NCBI GenBank assembly: GCA_012295275.1
Contig: CM022669.1
Location: forward strand, 6,882,001 to 6,946,000
Direction: 5' to 3'
From: Chrysomallon squamiferum
Taxonomy: Eukaryota > Animalia > Mollusca
DNA length: 64,000 bases
In this document: one piece after another, positions 26,878 through 57,837 of the stretch
Layout of the letters: each line of letters opens with the position of its first letter
Numbering within the stretch: the first letter of the stretch is position 1
Made by a program: the position numbers and the translations under genes
The notes under the pieces: model-generated
What the model saw: the letters and a program-made list of their open reading frames with translations, nothing else
Databases searched by the model: none
Told to the model about the DNA's origin: nothing

Positions 26878-29800
26878 CGTGCTACTAGCATTACTAAAAT
26901 AGTATATAGCTACAGTTGTGATTAGCGTACCAGACTGAAGAACAGTTAAAATCCCGTAACTGTAAAAAAAAATTATTCTGTTATTTCGTTAAATGTTTTT
27001 ATTCACTTATTCTTATTCGTGACGAATATGTTATATTACAGTATTTATTATAAACATAATAAATAAATAAATAAATAAATAAATAGATAAATAAATATTG
27101 CTATGTTATAAAATGTTCAAGATTCCACCCACAAAACCTGTTTCCTGACATCTATGTTTGATCGATATTTACAACTTGTAGACTATAACAGAATATACCT
27201 ACAAAAAGTAATCAGTCTTGCCATGAATTTCCTCTGGAAAGAAAATAAAATTTAAATATTTAAATTATTGTGTATTCAATTTCTGTAATCTTCCTATTTT
27301 TTTATTAATTTATTTTTATCTTTTTTTTTTTAAAAATTAATCGAGGGTTGAGTGGTGTTGCTTTCGATCTGAGTATGTGTGTGTATGTCTTTGTGTGAAT
27401 GTTTTCTTTTAACAAATTATATCCAGCAGAATGATTCACTCCAATTGACCTTTAGAATTTAACATAATCGCCCTTCGTTTGCTGTCATTAAATAAATAAA
27501 AAATTCACATGTAAATAATATATAATAGATAAATATAATATATATTAAATATTATTTTTTAAACAAAGAACACAGATAAAAATATATAAACATTAAATTA
27601 TCTTGGGTGTAACGCAGATCTTATCTAAAAGACTGTATAAACAAAGTGCACATAAACAATTCTGGGTTTGCATATTAATTGTATGAATCATACAGTTCAC
27701 ACACCAACAGTTTAAGAAATTACAACACAACAGAAACACAAGTGAATAATACTGTATTCATAAATTAAATGTGATTACAAACAGTACATAATAAAACTGC
27801 ACTTATAATGATGTATATATATATATAAATCTGTGTAAAATTAATAAGCTTACATTTCAGTACTTTAAATACATTTTAAATGTAAATGGTGTACTTGCCT
27901 CAAAAAAGCTAAATGATAATATAAATGGTAGTGGTCAGTAGTAGCTGTTGTAGTAGTAATAATAGTAGTAGTAGTAGCAGTAGAAGCAGTGATAGTAAAA
28001 GTAGCAGTAAACAGAACTAATGGTAATAAAGGTAGTAGTAATAATAGTAATAAAGTAGAAGCAGTTGTAGAACTAGTAGCAATGGTGTTTTTATTTAATA
28101 ATAATAATTATAAAGTATATGTTTATTCTGTGTAGTATGAATACTCAACATATGAATATAAAGACTATCAGTTGTACACTTGATATAAACTGTACATGAT
28201 GTGCAAATTAATATGCAAGTAACAAAATACATAACAAACTAGTTAACAGAACAAAGGACATAGCAATAACAATTGATTCAGATGTTACAGACTGGCCCCT
28301 TATTTAAAACATTTAAAACATGGTATCAAAACTGTGTTATCATTTCAAAAGTTTATAATGGTTTGAGTTACATTTCAGAAATTACACTGGTTAAACATTA
28401 AATTTACTTGTTATTATGTAAATTTAGGGTTATTATTCTTAGATATTACTGATGATATAAATGAACATTGATACATCCACACACATTTCATACATGCACA
28501 AAAACACATATAAACACACACACACACACACACACAAATTTATGCACAACATACACATAAATTAATAATGGCCTCCAAATAAAGAGTCTCAAAGGGATAA
28601 AAAGAAAAAATAATAAAAATTAAATTATAGTTTTTCTTTCTTGATTTTTTTTTTTAAACAAAAAATAAAATATTCACTTTAAACATTTTATGACATTCCC
28701 TTCACCATTCCTGCTGTTTGAACCTGAATTCAATACAGTTAAGAACAAAAAAAGTTCTACTTTGGGTCAATCAACATTTCATGTGACAGTGAGTTTTTTA
28801 ATGTTGTTTTTTAAGCACTGTTTTTTTAATGCCACTTTGATGTTTGAGTTTTAAAAAACTTTTTTTTTTTAAATTGCATACTGGCATTTCAAGCAAAAAA
28901 CATTTTATACTTTGATATTTAATCTAGTTAGAAGGTCAAGTTTCATCTCAAATTAAAAAAAATAAAATAAAAAATAATTGTTTTTACGACCTTTTCCATA
29001 AGGTTTTTTTTCAATAATTGAAGATAACAGCTGCAGATCAACTATAGATCAACAATATACATTTAAACTAAATTGTATTAACAAAGATTTAAGATGTTTG
29101 ATTAAATACTGTGAGAAGAAATTCTGACTGACTTTATACAGACATAAGAAAATATAAGTACTGCACACTGTAATTTAGAATGTTTTATTTTATAAATTTG
29201 TTTTTTATTTAACTGCTGTACCTTTTGTTTTTTGTTTTGTGCTTTTAAAAAGAGTAAGACAAAGGTAACATTTATAGATAAAAATTACATCATTGATATT
29301 TATTTTAAGAGCAAGATTTAGTCTAAGTAAACATTAATCTAGGGGACAGTAGGAAGCACTATTTGATATATGTGGTTTGTTAATTCTAAATTTCTTTCAA
29401 TTTTTGCCTACGTTGTTTGTAATTATGTACACAGGGTTACTTAAAGTGTTTTGATAATTCATTATTATTATTATTATTATTATACATTTTGAAACAAGAA
29501 TGAAAAATAATGTTAACAACAGAAAAACAAATTGTATGCTGCTGTAATTTCCACTTAGGTAAATAATAATATATATGTAAATACTCATGCACCATTTCAG
29601 TAGTTTTAAAGAAACAAATCAAAAGTGCGAAAGTTTAAAACTACTGAAAGGTATAACAAAATTAATTTTAAAAATTATTATTCAGTAAATACAACTTTAA
29701 AAAAGGCAAGAATAAAAATTGCAGTGACAAAGAAATAAGTTTCTTAAAAAAGAATGAAAAATTAACATTGCAAAAACACTTTTTATTTTTGATTTAAATG

Positions 29801-31454
29801 AAGACTGATACACATGGTAAAATAAAGTTCAAGACAAAATGTAGCTCAGAGAGTTACTGTATTGAATGAACCAGACTAGAGCAGTACAGTAGCACCAAAT
29901 TAAGCTGACAAGTTCAAAAGAGGGGCAGGAATTTAGCACCAAGTGGGTTGACAGAACCTTCAGAAATAGAGAAAGTGCAAAGAATGGATTGCCACTGAAG
30001 AGAAAATCTAACACCAAAAACATAAACCTAGAAATGCAATAAAGTTTCTTCAAGTAACATTTTAAAATTTTGAAGATTTATGCAACTTTTTATGTTGTTT
30101 CTTTTTTCCTTTGTTTGTATATTCTATTCTTTTTTTTTCCCCTGTCTATTTTCGTTCAGATTTTTTAACCCTCACCATGTATCAATAGCTAAGAAAACCT
30201 CAAAACAGGTTGAATGTATAACAGTGTACAAATTCTAACAATAATAAAAATAACAATTCAATAAATAATCTTCTCAAAAGGTATTTAAAATCTCCAGAAT
30301 ACAAGTTATAATATCCTGTTTTTAATCTTATATTTTAACAAATACATAATTGGTATTATTGGTTTAAAAATGTATATAGAATTTAAAAAAAAACTACCTA
30401 AAACAGGCAAGATAAAATCAAAAATAATATTAAAACTTTAATATTTAAATAAATGTCATAACTGTGTATCTAAATTGGATAAAAAAAATAAAATAAAAAA
30501 AAAATTGTGTTCAAATATTCTTCAAGAGAATGTAAAGGTCTAAAAAAATAATAGTTTTTTGTGTTTCTTTTTTGACTCTAACCTTTGCACTTAATATTTT
30601 ATATAATAACTTTAAAATTTTGATTATAACTCATAAAAGACCACAAGCAATTATATTTCATAAAATGTTGTTAACAAAAGATTTACTGATGTAAACTTCA
30701 GGTGACAATGATGTGTGTAAAAAGCAGCTGAAGTGGAAAACAAAAGCCAAAGCAATATTATAAAAGGCCAAAATGATATCAGCCTGCAAATTATTTTCAA
30801 GTAATGGACCTAATTTCTGCAGTTTTGACATAAGAAAATTAATACTTTCAAAAATTAATACTTTCTTTTCAGTCCAAAAATGCTGAGTGTAATTTATATG
30901 AATTTTATTCCAACATTTTTTTATTCGATTTGGCATGCTGGGATATTTTTATAATTTGTTTTATTCTTTACATAAAATCTCAGTGAGTCTATGTTATTAT
31001 CATATCATGAGTGACTTTAAAGATTATTGTAGTGTATTGCATCATTATATTTACCAACAGCATTTACACATACACACACATACATACATTTACCAATATA
31101 TGCTGTGAGTAAACACAATTTCTGCAGTAATTTTTCAACTTTTTGTTTCATAATAATTTGTCTGTTGAAAGAATAACCGATATAAATGAATTTGTTCAAA
31201 GGGGCATAACTCTTATCAGACTATATCTATCTTGTCACTTCAAATTTGATCAACTAAAATGTTTTATATAGTTACATTTGTCCAATATTCAGTACTGCTG
31301 AGAAAAATAAAAATAAAATCACCAAACATTTTCACATCACAAATATTGAAGGCTGTCCCAGTTTCTGCACCAGTCAAAATACAAACATACTGTGGAAGCT
31401 TGCAACTAATTCTGACACTAAATTTGTAATAAATTTACATTAGTGAAATATTAG

Positions 31455-33895
31455 TTATTTTCTTTTCCAAACAGTTGCCTGTGACACAGTCCACTGGTTC
31501 TTCCTAGCTGTTTCCCTGAGGAAAAATGGCATGTCGAATTCTTCCAGTAAGTCAAAGGTTGGTGTGAGGTGTGTTTTTAAAGCAGAGAAGCCAGTAACTC
31601 TCTCACCTTTCTTATTTTCATATCCACCAAGCCATTTACTCTGAAAAAGCAAAAAAAAAAAAACAACAGTTAATAAATAAAAACAAATTTTAAAGCTCCA
31701 ATTAGAATATTAGACAATTTAAAGTTATAACTAGAAGGATTAAATTGAATAATATTACAATTTCTTATTACAAGTAAACCGCAAATTAAACATAATAATG
31801 TACTTGTTATATTACTGTATTGTATTATTTCTCTATGGTATTTTTACTTATTTTATTTTATTTCATTTCATTTTATGAAATTTAAAAAATGTCTTTGAAA
31901 ATCCATAGAAAACAATAAAACTTATGAAGAATGAGACATATCATAGATGCAGTAAGTTTGTCTGATACACTGACATTCAAGAATATATCTCAACTGTTCT
32001 ATTCCTTATCACAACCTCATATGCATGAGTAACACATCAAAAGTCAAGATATGTACTGTCTTGATTATTACTGCATTATAAAATTTAAATGACAGCAGAC
32101 TTCTCCTTTAGTATGTTAATCAAAAATATTCTCAAACATCTAATACAATGTTGCCAATTGCTTTAAATAATCAACTTATGCTTTAGCAGTGTTGTTAAAT
32201 AAAATAAACTTTTAAGTCTTCCAGTTTACTTTTTCACAGAATTCTTCCATCCAGGTGTATGGAGCTGTTATGATCAAGACTCCACCTGATGCAACGAGTT
32301 CTGAAAGTCTGAGTAAGAAAGCCTTGGGATCATACAAACGACAGATGACATTTGCAGCCAGGACAATTCCAAACTGACCCAGATTTTCGGGCAGCTTGCA
32401 GGCATCACCCTGCAGGAAAGTCACTTTGTCTCTGTCCTGATAAAATGAAAGTGGAAGAAAAATATCACTAAAGGTAGACTTTTGAAATAATCAATTTTTT
32501 TAATTCCTAATGTTAATTTCATTTTCAAAATGATGTCAGTTATTTAGACAGGTTTCATAAACTGATTTAAAAATTAAATAAATAATGGGAAATCATCAAA
32601 AAATGTCATAAATAATTAACATATTATATAATGGAAAAGAAGTTTTCTTATTAAATATAAATAGTAACTTGTCATCATGAATTACTTTAAATGATTCATA
32701 AATAAATAAATTACAGCTGGAGTTTTCTTAGAATACATTATCTTAAATAATTGTTTTATGAATAAATAAAAAAAAAAATAATAATAAAAAAACACACAAA
32801 AAACCAACCAACATACATTTATCATAAAATACAAACCATTCATTTATTAAAAGAAAGGGATATTATAAATTATTTATGTATTTTAAATTATTCATTTATT
32901 AAAAGAAACAGGTTTTGTAGGTTATTTATTTATTAACATAAACTGAATATTCTAAATTCTTGATTTATTTGTATTAAAAACACCATACATACAATGTCAG
33001 CTGGAATTTTTGCTGTCAACTGAGTTCTCAAATCACCTTCCTCAACAACAGAATACTGCATCTCTCCTGTCACCTTTAGATAGTTGCAAGTGTCAATAAA
33101 TGAGTTGCTGTAATCAATGCCTACTACTTCATTTATTTTGCGGGCAAGTTCAAATGATGCTCTCCCAACTGCACAACCAATATCTAAGGCTCTGTTCGGA
33201 ACTTTAGCCTGTTTAAAAAAAAAAAAGGGAAAAAAAGCAATAAAAATAGTTTCTGACTAGAATTTTCTTTTAAAAGACACAGTACATCTTTATATATAAT
33301 ACCTATTAGCAATATTCTGGATTACCATAATACAAACATATCGTTAATGTTTTTGTTTGTTTTTTAATATGAATACATCACTCAGTGTATGTTTCTTCTT
33401 TATTTAGTCATTTTAGTGTCATCTTTCTCTAATATTATATTTAATGGAGGATAAATATATATTGATCCTTTTATGTTCCTTTTGTATTTTATATATAAAT
33501 TAGAATTAAGGAATATTATGCTGAAGAGATATAAATATATGTTAACAATTATATTATATCAAACAGCTGAAGGCTGCATAATGATAATTTGACAAATAAA
33601 ACTTATTCTGCCCTATATGGCTGACTTTTAATGATCAATTGAATATAAGCATCTTGTAAGTAAAACATAACTTTTGATATATCTACCATTGCATAAACTA
33701 AAAAGGATAAAAATCCTGAGTGCACTATACAGCATCTATCCCGACATCTTGCACGTCTACTGTTGCTCACAACCATACGTCACTAATACATCGACAGAAC
33801 CATCTTAAATGTATACTTAGGCTTATCAGTTTATGTCGTTTGTAAGATAAGCCAAACACATATTAAAAAATTATGATTATTAATTTGGTTTGACA

Positions 33896-33946
<51 letters not shown>

Positions 33947-34297
33947 TAACCTTAATTAGTTAATACTATAATAGGTCATACGACTCATAGTCATACTCAT
34001 GATACTGTGCATGTAACTCACATCAGGTTGGTAGTGTTTTAAGCACAGTTCAGCACAGCGTTTTGGAAAATCTAAGGACGATTTGGGTCCAAACTCGTAT
34101 CTAAGAACTTCTTGTGGAGAACCATAATGAAAGACTAAGTATTGACCAAGTAATTTGTCAGATTCATAAACGTTTTCCCTATTTCTAGCCTTCCTCTCTC
34201 TGAGCAGACGATATGTCGAATAAATGGCAACGCCTGCTGTCAAGGCATACGTTGAAATTACAATGCTCCTGTGATCTAATCCTATCCACATTGGCAT
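31455..34297 (-). CDS. Stand-alone class I SAM-dependent methyltransferase homologous to the OvoA C-terminal domain (putative 5-thiohistidine/mercaptohistidine N-methyltransferase), with an N-terminal hydrophobic anchor
   Basis: Four exons 34297-34022, 33208-32993, 32436-32230 and 31640-31455 (TAA), all phase 0, about 294 aa. Motifs YESDKLLGQYLVFHYG, DFPKRCAELC, RALDIGCAVGRASFELAR, VVGIDYSNSFI, YSVVEEGDL, FLQGDACKL, VLAANVICRLYDPKAFL, GGVLIITAPYTWMEEF, WLGGY and DMPFFLRETARKNQWTVSQATVWKR follow the OvoA C-terminal domain consensus from start to end. Confidence 0.9.
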
Positions 34298-34900
34298 TGT
34301 GTCAGTCTCTTTTCACTAAACCCGTATTTGAATGTCAATGGCACGCTTTGCAAAACAACTTCTCATTGACTTTCAATAATAGTCGCGAACTAGGAAGTGA
34401 TACTGAATGGCACATGTTACGTGCGCATGCTTGACTTTGTTTGACAGAAAGTTCCCGACATGTTCCGACGCGTTAGGAGCAGGTGTAAAGCTTTCGTGAT
34501 TTTCCGGGTACTTTCGGTTCAATCGAATCCGGGTGATTTTATTGAAACAAAAATAATAGGACAGGTGTCCAGCATATAATTTGCATTACTTAATTGCTGA
34601 AATTAATTTAATATTCCACTGATTCATTACAAAATTGACACCAAAAACACCTGTAACGCATTAAAGTATTAATTATGCAAGTCTTGTCATGCTGTTGAAG
34701 AGGCGGTATATATTAACACATATATCCAATCATTTTAACGGATTACCTGTTCGGCTTTTTTCAGTTTCCCTCCGGAAACAAACGGAAGTTAGAAATAGTA
34801 AACATTATGGCGGTCTAAACAAAGTTGAACGGATTGTTAGCAACGTATTAAACAAAATCGTGCAAAGTTGCAGAGTAATCATTTTGGGTATAAAAGCCTT
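34298..34900. promoter_or_regulatory. Probable bidirectional promoter between the methyltransferase and CCDC171
   Basis: CpG-richer island between divergent genes with TCGCGA (34383), GGAAGTG (34393), NRF1-like TGCGCATGC (34422), ETS-like CCGGAA (34772) and CGGAAGT (34783), YY1-like ATGGCGG (34807) and RFX-half-site-like GTTAGCAAC (34836). Confidence 0.6.
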
Positions 34901-35842
34901 GATATATTTATATGATTTTTCTGTTTTCAAAAAGAATGGTCTGACATTCATTCGCATATTGCTACTGCTGATCGTCATCATATATAATAACCAAAACTTG
35001 CAAAAGGTTGAAAAGTCACTTGACTTCTTAATATTATAACTAGACTGTGAAAGTGAACTGTTAAGTATAAATTAGAGAATTGTTAACTCGGTCCATCCTC
35101 ACTCCAGCTTGACGCTTCGCTAAAGCAACTTTTATGGGATTTTTCAGTGTGATATAAAATTAATAATGATTTGATGAGTTTATATATTCTTTCTCTTTAT
35201 GATATTGTAACTTTCAAAATAATAATAGTTAATGAATATTATATATATAATTATAGTTTACTAATATTTACTCGTGATTAATAGTAACAATATTATTTAA
35301 ATACAGATACACAAAACATTAGACAGTATAATGAATATTTTAATGTAATGCTATTGCCATGAGGATAGCTTATAATATATGCAATATTTATTAATTTTTT
35401 TCTTCTAAAGCAGTCATAAATAAAGTAAGCACAAAAGATAACTAAAACAATAAGTTCAGAATAACAAGAAAATATGTTTGTTTGATTTTATTTGAAACTC
35501 CTTCCCCTATTTCTGTGGGGTTTTTTCTCGGTCTGTCTTTTAACAAAACTGTTTTTCTCTGTACCAACACAAACACTGGTAGTTACATTTGAAATATTAT
35601 ATTTGTCACCTACACTGAGGATTCGTATTCAGATAAAAGCACTTTATGCAAAATTACATCTAACATCTAATGACAGAATACTTTGTTTAATTTTTTATAT
35701 CAGTTGTGATGATTTTATATACCTAAAATAAATGTATTAATCTGGGTATTAATTATTTATTTTTAAATTGTAGTGAATGTAAATAATATTAAAATATGTA
35801 TGAGTATATATGTGGTATTTTTCTATGTATATTTTTAGAATC

Positions 35843-52851
<17,009 letters not shown>

Positions 52852-55800
52852 CAAAATTTTAATCATTATATTAACCCTTTTGTTCCCAGGACCTATGTCA
52901 CAATGGCAGATACTAAAGCATTTATATTAATCTCAAAACATAATATAATTTATGAAAAGTTTCTAGGATTACAAATTTTTCATTTCTTAAACAATAGTTA
53001 ATATCAGGGATTTAATTTTCCATGAATTTTCAGATTTTTTAAGCATTTATCTTTATATATATTTTTGTCATCATTATTATTATTATTGTTGTTGTTTTTG
53101 TCATTATTATTATTTTATTTTTATTTTTTTTTAATTTGAACAATTATTTTTATTTAAACTAAGTTATGATACTAATAATTTGATTATAATTTTAAAATCT
53201 AAATGATATCTATGTGAGTAGTGACAACCATTTTATAATAAAGTCAGCATTTAATTTTTGTTATGTTTATTCCAGTCTAAACCAAACAAAAATGAACTTG
53301 CACACATAAAATAAACATTTAATAATACAATGTTTAGTACATATATTTATAGGAATTTCTTGATATTATATAATTTATTCCAGTTTTTAAATAAATATAT
53401 ACTTACTATACTAACTCTTTTTTTTTTATAGCTTATATGTAAAAAGTGAGTTTAATTAAACCAATGTGTTGTATAATTTATTTAAGATTGTATATATTAT
53501 CCAAAGAAATGTTTTATATTTAATGTAATTATAATAATAAATATTTTAACTAACTTATTCTAAGTTTTGTCAGTGTGATTCTGTTAGGAGAAATCTACCA
53601 GACTTAAAATTAAAATCAAAATGTTTAATGTAGTGTCATATGCTGTCACCATATTTCTCTATAGTAAGATATATGTATAAAATAAAGCCAGGATGAGCAG
53701 AACAGTAATATTTTTGGATTTTTTGTTACTGTTTTTCAAATTAGAATCTGTTATGGCCACTTCAGGTGTCATTACTGTCATTATTATTTTTATTATTATT
53801 ATTATTATTTTTTTGCTATCAATTTTTGTATAATTATTCATCATATATATTTTTATTGAATATGGGCAAGTATCTAATTATTTTTTGACAAATGTTTGCA
53901 AATGGCATATATATATACTTGAAATATAGTGAAATAAGGAACATATTTAACTAGTTCATTTATGAGTACTTAAAAAAATTAATGATATTACTGTCATACA
54001 CAGTGTGATTAATGAATTCATCATCTGATCAGTTGTATGTCACTATATTGACAGATATCAATTATTTTATCGTTTTACTGGATTTTCCGATTTATACGGT
54101 TATTTGTCTGTGATATTAGTGTATTATTACCTTACAGTAATGACTACTCCAGTAAATTGCATTGTACTTCAGTTCTTTGTATTTGTATGTAATGTAATGT
54201 TTGTATGTACATAAGTAACCTACCTGTACTTTTAAAAAATAATTTTATTGTTTTTATTTTGATTAAAATTGTTAAAAAGTATTAACTATATAGTTTGTAG
54301 CCTATTTACTGGGTGAGAATCCAGGAGGGGTGTAAAGATGAATATCAAAGGCTCATGAAGCCACTTTTAATAAAGACAGATGAGAGGTATAGATACAAAA
54401 ATAAACTTTTCATTAGTTTTTTTTTTATATATATATATTTTTTTTAAATGACTGGCCTTTCCTGCTCCACCCTTCGTTCATTTTCAGTTGTGGTCCAGTT
54501 ATGTCCATCTCTGCCGATTTCCGGATGGTAATGATTGTTTGTTTTTTTTTTTTTTTTTTTTTTTTTTTTTCTGCAGTTGGCTCGATGGTCGATAACGATG
54601 CATAATCTTTTTACATAGGCCAAGTCTGTGATTTAAAAAGATTTATTTTTTAAATAATTACACCAAAAATAATTTTATAATATGGCAGCATGTTCTTCTT
54701 GTCACGTGATGCATTTTGTTGTTTTTGTTTTTTTATTTATTCGACGTGGGCATTTTACGACATTTAATATTAAAGATACGATTTGTTTTTATTCCTACCA
54801 GTTTTATTTTGGATAAGATCTTGAGCAAAAACAAACAAAAAGAACTATCTTTTTACTTTTTTTATGAATAAAGTAGAACTTTAGGAAATACGATGAACAA
54901 GTAGTACGACAAATGAGGAAAACTTGAAGAGCACAAATTTGAAAAAGGGAATTTCTTTCATTTTGCCCTTAAAAGGTAACACGTTTAGGCGTTATTGGCC
55001 ACATCATTGTGGATGAGGTTGATGGATGGTGAAGACAAGAAACCATCTTTTTTTTAAAAGGTATACTGAACTATCAGCGTCGACAGCAAAGGCACACGCA
55101 GTACAGGCAAGTGTGAGTCAAGTAAATTTTAAAAATCCATAAATTGACAATAAGAACAGCGGTTTGGCACAAAATAAGCATGGACTGTGCAAATTCTCTT
55201 TTAGACAGGTGTGGGCGATCCTTCCAGAATTTCTGAATTAAAAATCAAACAAATAAATCAATAAATCAAGGCTAACAGAGACTGGAAGTCGGGTATTTTA
55301 TGTTTGTGTATGTCATGTTAATTTGTTTTAATAATATAAAAGAGGTAAAGAACTGTGCTAGCTCAAAAAAACAAGACAAATGACAAAATTTGAAAGGATG
55401 GATAGGGTTTTTTCAACAAACACGATGTTTTGCCGTAATAAAATTTACCAGTTACATTTTTCATTTACGGCCTTCCGTCAGTTAATATAGGCTAGACTCC
55501 ATCATGTTGGTGAATAGGTAAAAAACAATGACAAATGACAAAAAAAGGATGGTCGCCGATATTTTGCTGTCGTTACCAGTTCACTGTTAGTGCCGATGTG
55601 TGTGGGCATGTCGTAGCAACATCAATCGAAGAAGAAGAAAAAGCAAATAACAGTAAAAATTAATAAATAAATAATAATAAATAGATTATAAATGGCGGAC
55701 CTGAATTTTTTTTTTTTTTTTTTTTTTTTTCGAGGAAGTGGGGTCTTAAGTTGAACAATTGCGCGGGTCCTTTCCACGAACAACGAGTTATTCTCTTCAG

Positions 55801-57436
55801 TGTGATTGTTCCATGGCAGATCACCAGAGTTTGTTTAACCACATCTCACACGTCACTGATGTGATCGGTTATTTCCTTGTCCTAACAGTTTTCAACTTAC
55901 GAAGGATGGAAATTAACGGAATGTTCTGTACATGAACGATGCGTGGTTAAATGATGATATGAAACAGAAAAGCCAACATCAGTATAAAGTTTTATTTTAG
56001 ACATTTGATTACAATCGTGTGTTCTTAAATACAATTTAGATGAACAATAATGTTCTCTATCAAGAAAAAAAAAATATGAACAATTTTGTTAAAATTTTAA
56101 AACGTAAGACCAACTGAAAACTGCATACAGTGTGTATCTGTCATTTTCATATGTGAAACATTAATAAAACTAAAGTATTCAGAACAGCATGAGACATTAA
56201 TCGATATCACTTTCATAAATATGGAACCGACAGATAAAACTATTTTATACAGCATAAATTTACTTTTTCATCTTTATTTAAATTATCAATGTCAGAGTTC
56301 TATAATATTTGATGTTTTTAATTTATTAATGATTTCTTTTTTGCGGTTATTTATAAAAACAACTAGCTATCTACGTAAAGAACCGTTAAACAGAGATAAT
56401 GACGAATCTATTTCGTTACTGGTTTATTATTTTGCAGGTAAAATAATATTTTGTTTAATACGTAATTTATTTTGTGATAATTATTTGCATTTTTATTTTC
56501 CATATCTGATTTAAAGAGACGTCTTACTTGCGTAGGAATATTACACACTGTTCACACAGTGACCCACACGTCCCTCTTCTTAGTATGTAATGGCTAAAAA
56601 CTCAAAATCTTCATCTTGGCACAATAACTGTCTTTGTATTCCTATTTCATAGACCTTTGCAAAAAAAAAAAAAAAAAAAAAAAACAAATAATATCTTTCT
56701 TTCCATCTTTATTCCAACAGGCAATGTCAGTTATGAATACTATGTGTGAAAAGAGAGTGGGGAAGGAGATGGATTTGGACAAGTGGAAGTGGAATGAAGA
56801 ACAACGAAACGGACAAATCATTTTTACAATCCAAGTCATAAACCAAGTCATAAGTGGCCGCTGTGCATTCAAAATATGATTCAGAATCTCTTATTATTAT
56901 GGATCATCTTTATTTCTTCCGTCTCTGATTTTGTTTTATGGACATTATAACCGAAAAACCAAAGATGCCAAATTGACCCCTGTATAATAATGATTTTATT
57001 TAAGTACAATAATGTAAGGAAATATTATACGAGAAAGATTATCAAGTAAATGATATCTCGAGTTACAGTACGAATAAAATTTAGTGACATTTACTGTAAG
57101 AAAATATTGTGATTCAAGAAAATACCATTAATAACCAGATCTGTTCATCAGTTTGAAATTCAAGTTTAAAATTATGCACGTGCGCATCCACTGCACGAAA
57201 TGTACATTCATTGCATGTGAATAAAACAACGACACGACGAATCACTGGCTAACAAAAGACTTCAAACGACATTGTAACGAGAGTGAAATGATACTTTTGG
57301 CTAGAAGTCGGTCACTCAGTCGGTATGTGGTCGTTACGATGTTGTTGTGGTCTAATGACCGACATCTTCGCGAACACTGACCCAGTCCTACAGCTATTTT
57401 ATCAAAGCGTTTGCAATTTAGTTTCCTGTCGGCTGG

Positions 57437-57470
<34 letters not shown>

Positions 57471-57599
57471 TGACTGAAAAATAATATTTTTATTTATTTT
57501 TTTTTTTTTTTTTACGTTTTTCTCTCATTATGCATTTCATTAATGATTATAAAAATATTTGTTAATGAGCTTAATATAATTGTTTATGACTATCTCAGG

Positions 57600-57837
57600 A
57601 TCGTTCTGAAGCGAAAATATCTGAAGAAAAAATACACGAACAATAATTAACATCTTGTCATGAATCAGCAAGGTACCGATATATCTCATGCCTTCTATTA
57701 TTGGACTAGATCCGTCTTCTTGCCATGGTTTCAGTAGCCACGGAAATGTTCAAAGTCGTGATCAACAAAACCATGACATGAAGCTAAAATTCCATCGACA
57801 ACAAGAGTTCCTGTCTCTGTGACTGGTACGTACAAAC
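57600..57837 (-). pseudogene. Hedgehog-type Hint/Hog domain C-terminal exon, apparently frameshifted
   Basis: Acceptor TATTTTCTCACAG|GT at 57838/57837, then (G)LYVPVTETGTLVVDGILASCHGFVDHDFEHFRGY* (TGA 57733-57731), matching the Hint C-terminus GxYAPLTxxGTxVVxxVLASCY. A shifted frame continues FPWLLKPWQEDGSSPIIEGMRYIGTLLIH, resembling the amphipathic tail that follows Hint domains. Confidence 0.75.

Noticed and set aside
56634-56879. 81-aa ORF containing AMSVMNTMCEKRVGKEMDLDKWKW
   Set aside because: No recognisable family, it begins in a poly-A run, and no partner exons were found.
57307-57363. GTCGGTCA/TGACCGAC inverted repeat as a pre-miRNA
   Set aside because: Only 8 bp pair perfectly; the interior pairs poorly and matches no mature miRNA I recognise.
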